From: an uncultured Rhabdochlamydiaceae bacterium
GTDB taxonomy: Bacteria; Chlamydiota; Chlamydiia; Chlamydiales; Rhabdochlamydiaceae
Direction of reading: 5' to 3'
Assembly (NCBI GenBank): GCA_963712275.1
Contig: CAVQHD010000001.1
Coordinates: forward strand, 1,536,001 to 1,600,000
Length of the DNA: 64,000 nt
Notes under the pieces: generated by a model
Databases searched by the model: none
What the model saw: the letters and a program-made list of their open reading frames with translations, nothing else
Told to the model about the DNA's origin: nothing
Made by a program: the position numbers and the translations under genes
In this document: in pieces, positions 25,904-34,533 of the stretch
How the letters are laid out: each line of letters begins with the position of its first letter
Numbering within the stretch: the first letter of the stretch is position 1

Positions 25904-27352
25904 ATGTTCGAACTTTCCATTCTCCGAAAATACTTAGTCCCTCGTAAGCGTCACCTTTCGGTGACGTTGATTGCCGCTCTTTCGGTGGTGGTGATTTCAG
26001 CTGTTGTTTGGCTCGTCCTTCTTTTCTTATCAGTGACGGAAGGGATTGAAAAAACATGGCTTAAAAAACTCACTTCTCTGCACGCACCCCTTCGAATCAC
26101 TCCAACAACTGATTATCTCGCTTCCCATCACTATCTCATTGATACCATTAGCCAGAAAGCCGGCTATACTGCCCGAAGTTTAAGTGAAAAGCTCAAGAAC
26201 CCCGGCGCCACCCTTTACGATCCTCTTGTCGATGAGTCGCCTCCGAAAACATGGATGACTGCCGACGATTCTTTTCAAGACCCGCTTGTTTTTGTCTCCG
26301 ATCTTTTAAGCTCGATGAAAAAAGAGTGGACCGATTTGGAGTATGACTCTTTTGAAATGGGGGCTGCTCTTCTTCGTCTTCAAATCAAACGAGGGGAGAC
26401 ACCCTCATTTTTAACACAGGCCTCTTACCTAACCTCTTTTCCAGAAGGGTCGACTTACATTCACGATCTTTTACTCTCTCCTCTTCAAGCTGAAATCCCT
26501 TCCGGGGCGGCACCTATCGTTCTTGCAAAAGGGTTTCAAGATTCAGGAGTTAAAGTCGGCGATCGAGGGTGGATTCAATACCAGGCAGCCACTGCCGGAT
26601 CGCTTCAAGAACAGCGGCTCCCCGTTTGCGTATCAGGATTCTACGACCCTGGCGTCCTAGCGGTTGGGAGTAAATGTATTTTAGCCCCCACCAACATAAT
26701 TCACCTGATCAACACAACAAGCCCAGTGGAGCACTTTGAAAAAACAGCTTCCATGGGGTTTTGCCTCTGGCACGCAGATCTGACCAAAACTCGGCAGCTT
26801 GCTGCAGCGCTCCAAAAACAACTAGACCAAGCGGGGATGAGCCGGTATTGGACGCTCACAACGTACCACGACTATGAGTTTTCCAAAGATCTGATGCAGC
26901 AATTTCAAAGCGATCGGTATTTATTCACCTTGATTGGCTTGATTGTACTGGTGGTCGCCTGCTCGAACATTATTTCATTTTTAATTCTTCTTGTTCACGA
27001 TAAAAAGAAAGAGATTGGAGTTTTACAAGCCTTAGGCGCATCAAAACGGAGCATTGCTTTCATTTTTGGAGGGTGCGGGGCGGCGATTGGACTCCTGAGC
27101 AGCCTGATCGGCATCGGAGCTGCCCTCCTCACGCTTCATCACTTAGATGCGCTTGTAAAGTTTCTCAGCTTTTTGCAAGGACATTCTGCTTTTCACACCT
27201 CTCTTTATGGATCTGCGCTCCCGTCGGAAGTCAGCGTTTCCGCTCTTGTTTTTGTGGCCGTCATCACCCCCTTGCTCTCCCTTGCAGCAGGATTGATCCC
27301 GGCTTGGAAAGCGTGCAAACTCAGCCCTTCTGCCATTTTGAGGTCTGAGTGA
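25904..27352 (+). CDS. lolE: Lipoprotein-releasing ABC transporter permease (LolC/E, FtsX-like)
   Basis: MFELSILRKYL start, N-terminal TM, KKKEIGVLQALGA and IPAWKACKLSPSAILR; directly precedes lolD. Confidence 0.85.
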   Translation: MFELSILRKYLVPRKRHLSVTLIAALSVVVISAVVWLVLLFLSVTEGIEKTWLKKLTSLHAPLRITPTTDYLASHHYLIDTISQKAGYTARSLSEKLKNPGATLYDPLVDESPPKTWMTADDSFQDPLVFVSDLLSSMKKEWTDLEYDSFEMGAALLRLQIKRGETPSFLTQASYLTSFPEGSTYIHDLLLSPLQAEIPSGAAPIVLAKGFQDSGVKVGDRGWIQYQAATAGSLQEQRLPVCVSGFYDPGVLAVGSKCILAPTNIIHLINTTSPVEHFEKTASMGFCLWHADLTKTRQLAAALQKQLDQAGMSRYWTLTTYHDYEFSKDLMQQFQSDRYLFTLIGLIVLVVACSNIISFLILLVHDKKKEIGVLQALGASKRSIAFIFGGCGAAIGLLSSLIGIGAALLTLHHLDALVKFLSFLQGHSAFHTSLYGSALPSEVSVSALVFVAVITPLLSLAAGLIPAWKACKLSPSAILRSE

Positions 27353-28020
27353 AAACCCCTGTCTTAAAAGCCGTCCATCTGTGCAAACGGTTCGCCTATC
27401 CAAATGAAGTGACCATTTTGCAAGATATTTCACTTGAAGTTTTCCCAGGAGAGTCTGTGGCCATCGTCGGAAAATCAGGCGAAGGGAAAACCACCCTTTT
27501 ACATCTTTTAGGTACCTTGGAAGAGCCCTCTTCAGGCACGCTCGAGATTTGTGGGAAACCTGCAAACTTAAAAGAGAGCCCAACCTTGCGAAGCGCCTAC
27601 TTAGGATTTATCTTCCAAGCCTACCATCTGCTGGAAGATTGCACAGGACTTGAAAATATCTTAATCGCAGCGCAGATTGCAAAAAAAGAGATCCATCCCG
27701 GCTCTACGACTCATACCAATGCCTTAACGCTCCTCGAAGAAGTAGGCCTTTCCCACCGAGCTTCATTCCCCGTCAGACTCCTCTCTGGCGGAGAGAAACA
27801 ACGGATTGCACTTGCACGAGCCTTCATCAATGATCCGGCTATCATCTTAGCAGACGAGCCCTCTGGCAATCTTGATAACACCCATTCCCAAGTTATTTAC
27901 ACCCTCCTCCTCGACTCGGCACACAAAAGAGGAAAAGCAGTTGTCATTGTCACCCACGATTTAGAGCTTGCTTCCCGCTGCAAAAAAACCTATGCTCTTC
28001 AGGGCGGGAGATTGTCGTGA
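27349..28020 (+). CDS. lolD: Lipoprotein-releasing ABC transporter ATPase
   Basis: GKSGEGKTT, LSGGEKQR, ILADEPSGNLD and VTHD motifs. Confidence 0.88.
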   Translation: MKTPVLKAVHLCKRFAYPNEVTILQDISLEVFPGESVAIVGKSGEGKTTLLHLLGTLEEPSSGTLEICGKPANLKESPTLRSAYLGFIFQAYHLLEDCTGLENILIAAQIAKKEIHPGSTTHTNALTLLEEVGLSHRASFPVRLLSGGEKQRIALARAFINDPAIILADEPSGNLDNTHSQVIYTLLLDSAHKRGKAVVIVTHDLELASRCKKTYALQGGRLS

Positions 28021-29339
28021 ATATCCTCATCCTTGGAACCGGTTATGTCGGGCTTGTCAGTGGAGCCTGTTTTGCCGATATGGGCCATCATGTTACCTGC
28101 TTTGATATCAATGAGCAAAAAATTCAAGACCTGCAAAATGGTTTAATTCCCATCTATGAGCCGGGACTCGAAGACTTAGTTTTCCAGAATATGCAAGCAG
28201 GCAGGCTTTCTTTTACCACCGACATTGCCTCTGCACTTAAAAAATGCAAAGTCTGTTTTATTGCCGTTCCGACCCCTTCCGCTCCTGATGGATCGTGCGA
28301 TCTCTCCTATGTTTTAGAAGCGGCTAAATCAATTGGACTGCATATGACGGGTCCCCAAGTGATCGTCACGAAATCGACAGTTCCTGTAGGCACCTCAAAA
28401 AAAATACGGCAAACCATTGAAGCTCACCTCCCCTTCCCTATCCTTTTCGATGTCGTCTCTAATCCTGAATTTCTCAAAGAAGGGGCCGCCGTCTCTGATT
28501 GCATGAAACCCGACCGCATTATTTTAGGGGTTGAGTCAGAGGAAGCGGCAGAGATCATGAGAGAGATCTACAAAGGATTTACACTGAGTCGTGATCGAAT
28601 TCTGGTGATGGATCCCGAATCGGCTGAAATGACGAAATATGTTGCCAATGCCATGCTTGCAAGCCGCATCTCCTTTATGAATGAAATGGCAGGGCTCTGC
28701 GAAAAGCTCGGCGCAAATATTCATGCCGTGCGGCAAGGCATTGGCTCAGATCCTCGCATCGGGTACCACTTTCTCTATGCCGGCGTTGGATACGGCGGCT
28801 CCTGCTTCCCTAAAGACCTTCGCGCTCTCCAGGCCATGGCAAAAGAGGCTCACTATGAAACATCTCTCTTAAATGCCGTTGAATTCGTCAATGAAAAGCA
28901 AAAAAAAATCCTCGCCGATAAAATCAGATCTTATTTTGGGGCCAAAGGAGGCCTTAGGCAAAAAACAATTGCGATCTGGGGCCTCTCCTTCAAGCCCAAC
29001 ACCGATGATCTCAGAGAAGCCCCTGCCCTCCAGCTCATCGAAGAGCTTTTAGCCGAAGGAGCTCGCTTAAGGCTCTACGATCCCGTTGCCATGCCCAAGG
29101 CGCAGGAGAAGCTCAAGCATCCTCTCATCACGTGGTGCACCGACGAATACCACGCCGCAGAAACTTCGGATGCCATTGCCCTTCTCACTGAATGGAAGCA
29201 GTTCAGATGCATTGACTTACAAGCCGTTCTAAAAAAAATGGAAGGAAACGCCTTCTTCGATGGAAGAAACCAGCACCGAAAAGAAGACCTGCAATCAAAT
29301 GGGTTCCACTACTGCGGTATTGGGATTCCGACCGATTAA
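28017..29339 (+). CDS. ugd: UDP-glucose 6-dehydrogenase
   Basis: GTGYVG, KSTVPVG, SNPEFLKEG, GYGGSCFPKD and FKPNTDDLRE motifs. Confidence 0.95.
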   Translation: MNILILGTGYVGLVSGACFADMGHHVTCFDINEQKIQDLQNGLIPIYEPGLEDLVFQNMQAGRLSFTTDIASALKKCKVCFIAVPTPSAPDGSCDLSYVLEAAKSIGLHMTGPQVIVTKSTVPVGTSKKIRQTIEAHLPFPILFDVVSNPEFLKEGAAVSDCMKPDRIILGVESEEAAEIMREIYKGFTLSRDRILVMDPESAEMTKYVANAMLASRISFMNEMAGLCEKLGANIHAVRQGIGSDPRIGYHFLYAGVGYGGSCFPKDLRALQAMAKEAHYETSLLNAVEFVNEKQKKILADKIRSYFGAKGGLRQKTIAIWGLSFKPNTDDLREAPALQLIEELLAEGARLRLYDPVAMPKAQEKLKHPLITWCTDEYHAAETSDAIALLTEWKQFRCIDLQAVLKKMEGNAFFDGRNQHRKEDLQSNGFHYCGIGIPTD

Positions 29340-29438
29340 GAAGCGATCTTAAAAAAAAATTTTTAAAGTTAATAAAAATAGTCAATTTTCGTATAATGTT
29401 TTTAATCGAATTTTAATTTAGCAAAAAATGAGGAAATC

Positions 29439-30710
29439 ATGAGTGGTGTAGGGGCTGTTTCATCGTCTATATTTACAAGACCAATAGAAAATCCTCAAGA
29501 ACCGCTCACTATAAGAATAGCTGCAGCCGTTGCGGTCGCAGTCGCATTATTTGTTGCTTCCTATGTTGTAGGATACATTGCAAATCGAGGAATGAAAGGG
29601 TTGTCGTTTAACAACACATACACATTTTTTAAACCGTCTATAAATTTTAAAAATCTTATTGGCGAAGATTTCCTTAAAGAAAAAATTAACGAGCGCGTAA
29701 AAAATCATTTTGAATCACAAAGGGCATCTCTACCAAAATCAAGATGGCAAAGAATGAGTGCTCTGTTCTCTCAGTTCATAACTCCCCACCCGAAAGCGCA
29801 AGCATCTGTTGATTTTTATAAAGAGTATGGCGGCCGACCTTTAAATGGAATGTTACTCTACGGTCCACCAGGATGTGGAAAAACCCATATTGCTGAATGT
29901 ATTGCAGGAGAGCTTGGGCTTCATTTTATCAAAGTTACTACTTCAACCTTTGGAAGTCCCTTAGTCCATCAAGCAGCTAAAAATATTGCCAATTTATTTA
30001 ACCAAGCTATAACACAGCAAGACGTATTAATTTTAATCGATGATGCTGATGCAAGTATAGGAAAGAGAGATAGTGACCAAGCACTGCCTCACCCTGCACG
30101 TGGAGACATCATTTCAGAATGTTTAAAATGGCTTCCTGAATGCAGCAAAGCCAATGTCTTTGTGGTCATGACGACCAACTCTACAAAAGCAATCGATCCT
30201 GCTTTAAAACGGTCAGGACGTATAAGTTTATCCATTGAGATAACTCCCCCCAATAAAGAGGCGCGGGCAGAATTATTAAAATACTATTTTACATCAAGAT
30301 GTAATAATGAGAGATTAAAAATTGACTATACAACGATTGCGGAAATAACAAACGGATTTACGCAGGCAGATTTAGAAGAACTCTCTTCCCGATGCGCAGA
30401 TAAGGGAATCGCTCAAAAGCTGGCACAGCTCAACACAGAGTTGGTCAGAACTATGTTTCTGGCTTTTAATAAAGAAAAGATCCTCCAACATCTGCAACAG
30501 CAGTTTGCCTTTTTCTGTGAAGGAACGGAGAGCTATTTCTCATGGGAGCCTCTTGCAGAGGCAGCAAAAAACATTTCATGGGCTCAAGTACAAAGAACAG
30601 TTAATGAGTGGCTTGAGGCAATTCTATCCGCATATAAGCAGGATGGAGCAAAAATATCTCCAGAGCGGATAGAAGGACTGCTCAGAGAGAAATTGAACTT
30701 AATCTCATAA
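29439..30710 (+). CDS. Membrane-anchored classical AAA ATPase (CDC48/Msp1-like single module)
   Basis: N-terminal TM, LLYGPPGCGKT, Walker B ILIDDAD, SRH TTN...IDPALKRSGR and GFTQADL. Confidence 0.8.
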   Translation: MSGVGAVSSSIFTRPIENPQEPLTIRIAAAVAVAVALFVASYVVGYIANRGMKGLSFNNTYTFFKPSINFKNLIGEDFLKEKINERVKNHFESQRASLPKSRWQRMSALFSQFITPHPKAQASVDFYKEYGGRPLNGMLLYGPPGCGKTHIAECIAGELGLHFIKVTTSTFGSPLVHQAAKNIANLFNQAITQQDVLILIDDADASIGKRDSDQALPHPARGDIISECLKWLPECSKANVFVVMTTNSTKAIDPALKRSGRISLSIEITPPNKEARAELLKYYFTSRCNNERLKIDYTTIAEITNGFTQADLEELSSRCADKGIAQKLAQLNTELVRTMFLAFNKEKILQHLQQQFAFFCEGTESYFSWEPLAEAAKNISWAQVQRTVNEWLEAILSAYKQDGAKISPERIEGLLREKLNLIS

Positions 30711-30731
30711 AAGATTATATCTTTTTAACTT

Positions 30732-31352
30732 ATGGGACTTAGAGATCAGGGGAAACGGATTTTTGATATTTTATTTAGCTTAGTTGCGCTTCTGTGCTTT
30801 TTGCCTCTGGGTCTCTTGATTGCAATTTTAACCAAACTCTCATCGCCGGGTCCAATTTTCCATCGGTGCCGCCGCGTAGGTAAAGGAGGCGCTTCGATTG
30901 AGTGTTGGAAATTTCGCACGATGTGCCACGATGCAGAGAAAAAATTACAAGACCTGCTGGCGAAAAACCCTCCGTTAAGGCAAGAGTGGGAAATGTACTA
31001 CAAACTCAAAGACGATCCTCGAGTTCGTGGAATGGGAAAATTTTTGCGGAAAACGTCTCTCGACGAATTTCCTCAATTTTGGAATGTGCTTAAGGGAGAT
31101 TTAAGTGTTGTTGGGCCAAGGCCTGTGACTGAAGAGGAAATTCAAAAATATTTTCGCGATAAAGCAGACAAAATCTTATCTGTCCGGCCAGGGCTGACCG
31201 GCATCTGGCAAACCTCCGGCCGCAGCCTCCTCACATTTGAGCAGCGCATCCAGCTGGAAGAGCAGTATGTCGATCAGCAATCACTCCTCCTCGATCTTCA
31301 GATTATTTTTAAAACAATCCCCCATCTATTTTTCGCCAAAGGAGCGTATTGA
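30732..31352 (+). CDS. Monotopic phosphoglycosyl transferase (bacterial sugar transferase)
   Basis: KRIFDI, KFRTM, KDDPRV, LRKTSLDEFPQFWNVLKGDLSVVGPRP and PGLTGIWQ motifs. Confidence 0.93.
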   Translation: MGLRDQGKRIFDILFSLVALLCFLPLGLLIAILTKLSSPGPIFHRCRRVGKGGASIECWKFRTMCHDAEKKLQDLLAKNPPLRQEWEMYYKLKDDPRVRGMGKFLRKTSLDEFPQFWNVLKGDLSVVGPRPVTEEEIQKYFRDKADKILSVRPGLTGIWQTSGRSLLTFEQRIQLEEQYVDQQSLLLDLQIIFKTIPHLFFAKGAY

Positions 31353-32329
31353 TGTGTCTGCCCATCCTCGTTGTCGGAGGTGCGGGATACATTGGAAGCC
31401 ATACCTGCAAAGCGCTCAAGCAAAAGGGATACCTCCCTATTGTCTATGACAACCTTGGAAATGGCCACCAGTGGGCTGCCAAATTTGGCCCCTTAGTCGC
31501 GGCTGATCTTTTTGATACGGCAGCCCTTGATGAAGTTTTTAAAACCTATCAACCTAAAGCCGTTCTCCACTTTGCTTCCTCTATTGATTGTCGGGCTTCT
31601 ATGCAAGATCCTGGCGGTTATTACCAAAATAACGTAGGGGGATCGGTCGCCCTTTTTCAAGCGATGCAAAGAAATGGAGCTGATCTTCTCGTCTTTTCAA
31701 GCTCTGCGGCAGTCTATGGGCTTCCTAAGGAAGAAACTCTTTTAGAGAAGCACCCTTGCAACCCTTCAAATGTCTATGGCACCACCAAATGGATGGCAGA
31801 GCAGATCATCCATGATTATGAGAAAGCTCACGGTTTTCGCTCTGTGATTCTTCGGTATTTTAATGCCGCAGGAGCCGATTTAAACCAAGAGATTGGCGAG
31901 GCTCACCGGATCGAAACCCATCTCATTCCCCTCGCTTTACAAACCGCCCTTGGAAGACGGGAGCACTTGACGGTCTTTGGAACAAATCATGCAACGGCTG
32001 ACGGATCGGCGATTCGAGATTACATTCACGTGGTCGATCTTGCAGATGCCCACGTCAAAGCCCTTGAATGGCTTCTCGCCGGAAAAGGCTCTATAACTTT
32101 AAACTTAGGAACAGGACAAGGCCACTCCCTCTTGGAAGTGATCTTCGCTGTTGAAAAGATTTGTAAGCGGCCGGTTAAACAGCAGGTGGCTGCCAAGCAC
32201 CGGGCAGAGCCCTCCACCCTTGTCGCCGATGCATCTCTTGCTAGGAAGCACCTAGGATGGATCCCTGTCCATAGCGACCTTGAAACAATTGTGTCAACTG
32301 CATATGAATGGCATAACATTTATCTATGA
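31352..32329 (+). CDS. galE: UDP-glucose 4-epimerase
   Basis: GGAGYIGSH, FSSSAAVYG, YGTTK, LRYFNAAGA and IRDYIHV motifs. Confidence 0.93.
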   Translation: MCLPILVVGGAGYIGSHTCKALKQKGYLPIVYDNLGNGHQWAAKFGPLVAADLFDTAALDEVFKTYQPKAVLHFASSIDCRASMQDPGGYYQNNVGGSVALFQAMQRNGADLLVFSSSAAVYGLPKEETLLEKHPCNPSNVYGTTKWMAEQIIHDYEKAHGFRSVILRYFNAAGADLNQEIGEAHRIETHLIPLALQTALGRREHLTVFGTNHATADGSAIRDYIHVVDLADAHVKALEWLLAGKGSITLNLGTGQGHSLLEVIFAVEKICKRPVKQQVAAKHRAEPSTLVADASLARKHLGWIPVHSDLETIVSTAYEWHNIYL

Positions 32330-32856
32330 GATCTGTACCTCTTCTTTTCTTTTTTGGGCTTGCCCTCATTCCTGCGCTCTTTGGATCAATTCTCTTTCCT
32401 TTTTTTCCCTTGAACGCCTTTGCCCCTTTTCTTGCAGTTGTCTACTACGTTGCCCCTTTTTCAAAAACGCTCTGGATCAGTCTAGGGTGCGGTCTTCTTT
32501 TAGATCTATTGTCCTCGGAGTTTCATTTTGGCATTCATGCGCTGACCTTAACGACTGCCTCGGCCTTTCTTTTTTTTCAAAAAAAGCACTTTTTTGAAGA
32601 TCAGTCGCTTGCTTTTTCTCTGTTTTCAATCGTGATCTCCTCTGTTTCAACAGGGCTGCAGCTTCTTTTTATCCATCTTTTTGATCGAGGTCTTTCCTTT
32701 TCATTTGCCTCCTTTGTAACAGATGTGGCGATCCTTCCCCTCTTAGATGGCCTTTACGGTTTTTTATGGTTTACATGTCCGATGAGGTTGTATATTAGCA
32801 TGAAAAAAGTAGGCTGGAAGGGGCTGTTTCGAAAACCACAGGATGAAGCCAAATGA
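32326..32856 (+). CDS. mreD: Rod shape-determining protein MreD-like membrane protein
   Basis: Five hydrophobic segments with the GLLLDLLS...FGIHAL signature. Confidence 0.65.
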   Translation: MRSVPLLFFFGLALIPALFGSILFPFFPLNAFAPFLAVVYYVAPFSKTLWISLGCGLLLDLLSSEFHFGIHALTLTTASAFLFFQKKHFFEDQSLAFSLFSIVISSVSTGLQLLFIHLFDRGLSFSFASFVTDVAILPLLDGLYGFLWFTCPMRLYISMKKVGWKGLFRKPQDEAK

Positions 32857-33632
32857 ATACATCAGAGCTTTTGACAGTTGCCATTCAAGCCGCTTTGCAG
32901 GGGGGCGCTCTCTTAAAACAAGGGTTTGGGACCTCATACGAGATTTCCTCCAAGGCAGGACGGCACAATCTTGTCACAACGTATGACCGTTTGGTCGAAT
33001 CGACGATCTTCCACTCGATTACTCACCGATTTCCCCTTCACGGTTTTTTAGGTGAAGAATCGGGCCATCAAAGATCTGGCGACGTGATTTGGATTGTAGA
33101 CCCTCTGGATGGGACTGTCAACTTTGCCCATAATATTCCTGTCTTTTCCGTCAGTATTGCGGTGGCAACTCAAGAAAAGGTGGTGGCAGGAGCGATCTAT
33201 CAACCGATGACAGAAGAGCTCTTCTGGGCTGAAAGAGGCAAAGGAGCCTTTCTAAATGGAAATCAACTTCGAGTCTCTTCCCAATCTCAGCTTGAGCAGG
33301 CTTATCTTGCCACAGGCTTTCCCTATAATGTTCATGAAGACCCGCTCCATTGCGTTGAAACATTTTCTCGCCTCACCCGTCTGGGGATCCCGATTCGGAG
33401 ACTAGGATCGGCAGCTATCGACTTGTCATATGTCGCAGCAGGAAGGTTTGATGGCTACTGGGAAGTCACTTTGCAGCCGTGGGACCTAGCAGCAGGCCTT
33501 TTACTTGTCGAAGAAGCTGGAGGAGTCGTGTCTCAATACGATGGAACTCCTTGCTCTCTTCTCGCAGAAGGGTCTGTTCTTGCTGCAAACCGCCCCCTTT
33601 ATCATGAACTGCAAAAGGTAATAACCAAATGA
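32853..33632 (+). CDS. suhB: Inositol monophosphatase
   Basis: GEE, WIVDPLDGTVNF, RRLGSAAIDL and PWDLAAG motifs. Confidence 0.9.
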   Translation: MNTSELLTVAIQAALQGGALLKQGFGTSYEISSKAGRHNLVTTYDRLVESTIFHSITHRFPLHGFLGEESGHQRSGDVIWIVDPLDGTVNFAHNIPVFSVSIAVATQEKVVAGAIYQPMTEELFWAERGKGAFLNGNQLRVSSQSQLEQAYLATGFPYNVHEDPLHCVETFSRLTRLGIPIRRLGSAAIDLSYVAAGRFDGYWEVTLQPWDLAAGLLLVEEAGGVVSQYDGTPCSLLAEGSVLAANRPLYHELQKVITK

Positions 33633-34477
33633 AACAACTCGAAGGGCTCTCCATTGCAGGCCATCTGATCAAGCAGATAAAAAAACAGGTCGGCATACTG
33701 CACCGTCCTCCAGGACTTGCCTTTATTCTCATCGGAGACCACCCACCGTCCCACTCTTACGTTCGTATGAAAAAAAAACGGTGCGCTGAAGTCGGGATGA
33801 TCTCTGAAGTGCATGAGCTTACAGTCTCGACATCTGAAAGCCACCTTCTCGAGCTAATCCAAAAACTCAACGCAGCCCCCCACATCGACGGAATTTTAGT
33901 CCAGCAGCCTCTTCCCTCCCACCTATCGACCGCCAAGGTCGTCGAAGCGGTCGACCCCTCTAAAGACGTCGACGGATTCCACCCTCTAAACTTAGGGAAA
34001 CTTCTGGCCGGCGACCCTACAGGCTTTATCCCCTGCACCCCTCTTGGTATCCACCGGCTTCTTCAAGCTTATGAAATTCCAATCTCTGGAAAACACGTCG
34101 TGATCCTAGGAAGAAGCTCCATCGTTGGAAAACCACTGGCAGCTCTTCTTGTTCAGAAATCACCAGAGGCCAACGCCACCGTCACCCTTGCTCATTCAGC
34201 GACCCGCCACCTTGAAGAGATTGCCCGCTCTGCAGATATTTTAGTTGCAGCAATAGGGAAACCCCAGTTCGTCAAAAAAAGAATGATCAAACCCGGCAGC
34301 ACCGTTATCGACGTTGGAATCAATCGCCTAGGACATCAGATTGTCGGCGATGTAGATGCCCAGGATATCGAAGGGATTCCAGCCCATCTCACGCCCGTCC
34401 CCGGAGGCATTGGCCCCATGACAATCGCCATGCTTCTTTCAAATACTCTCTTGTCTGCTCAGAAACACTTAAAATAA
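33629..34477 (+). CDS. folD: Methylenetetrahydrofolate dehydrogenase/cyclohydrolase
   Basis: YVRMK, GILVQQPLP, KDVDGFHP, PCTPLG, DVGINR and TPVPGGIGPMT motifs. Confidence 0.96.
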   Translation: MKQLEGLSIAGHLIKQIKKQVGILHRPPGLAFILIGDHPPSHSYVRMKKKRCAEVGMISEVHELTVSTSESHLLELIQKLNAAPHIDGILVQQPLPSHLSTAKVVEAVDPSKDVDGFHPLNLGKLLAGDPTGFIPCTPLGIHRLLQAYEIPISGKHVVILGRSSIVGKPLAALLVQKSPEANATVTLAHSATRHLEEIARSADILVAAIGKPQFVKKRMIKPGSTVIDVGINRLGHQIVGDVDAQDIEGIPAHLTPVPGGIGPMTIAMLLSNTLLSAQKHLK

Positions 34478-34533
34478 TAATTCGCATGGTGGATATTTAA
34501 AAGAGTTATCACCTATAATATTTTCGTAAATTT

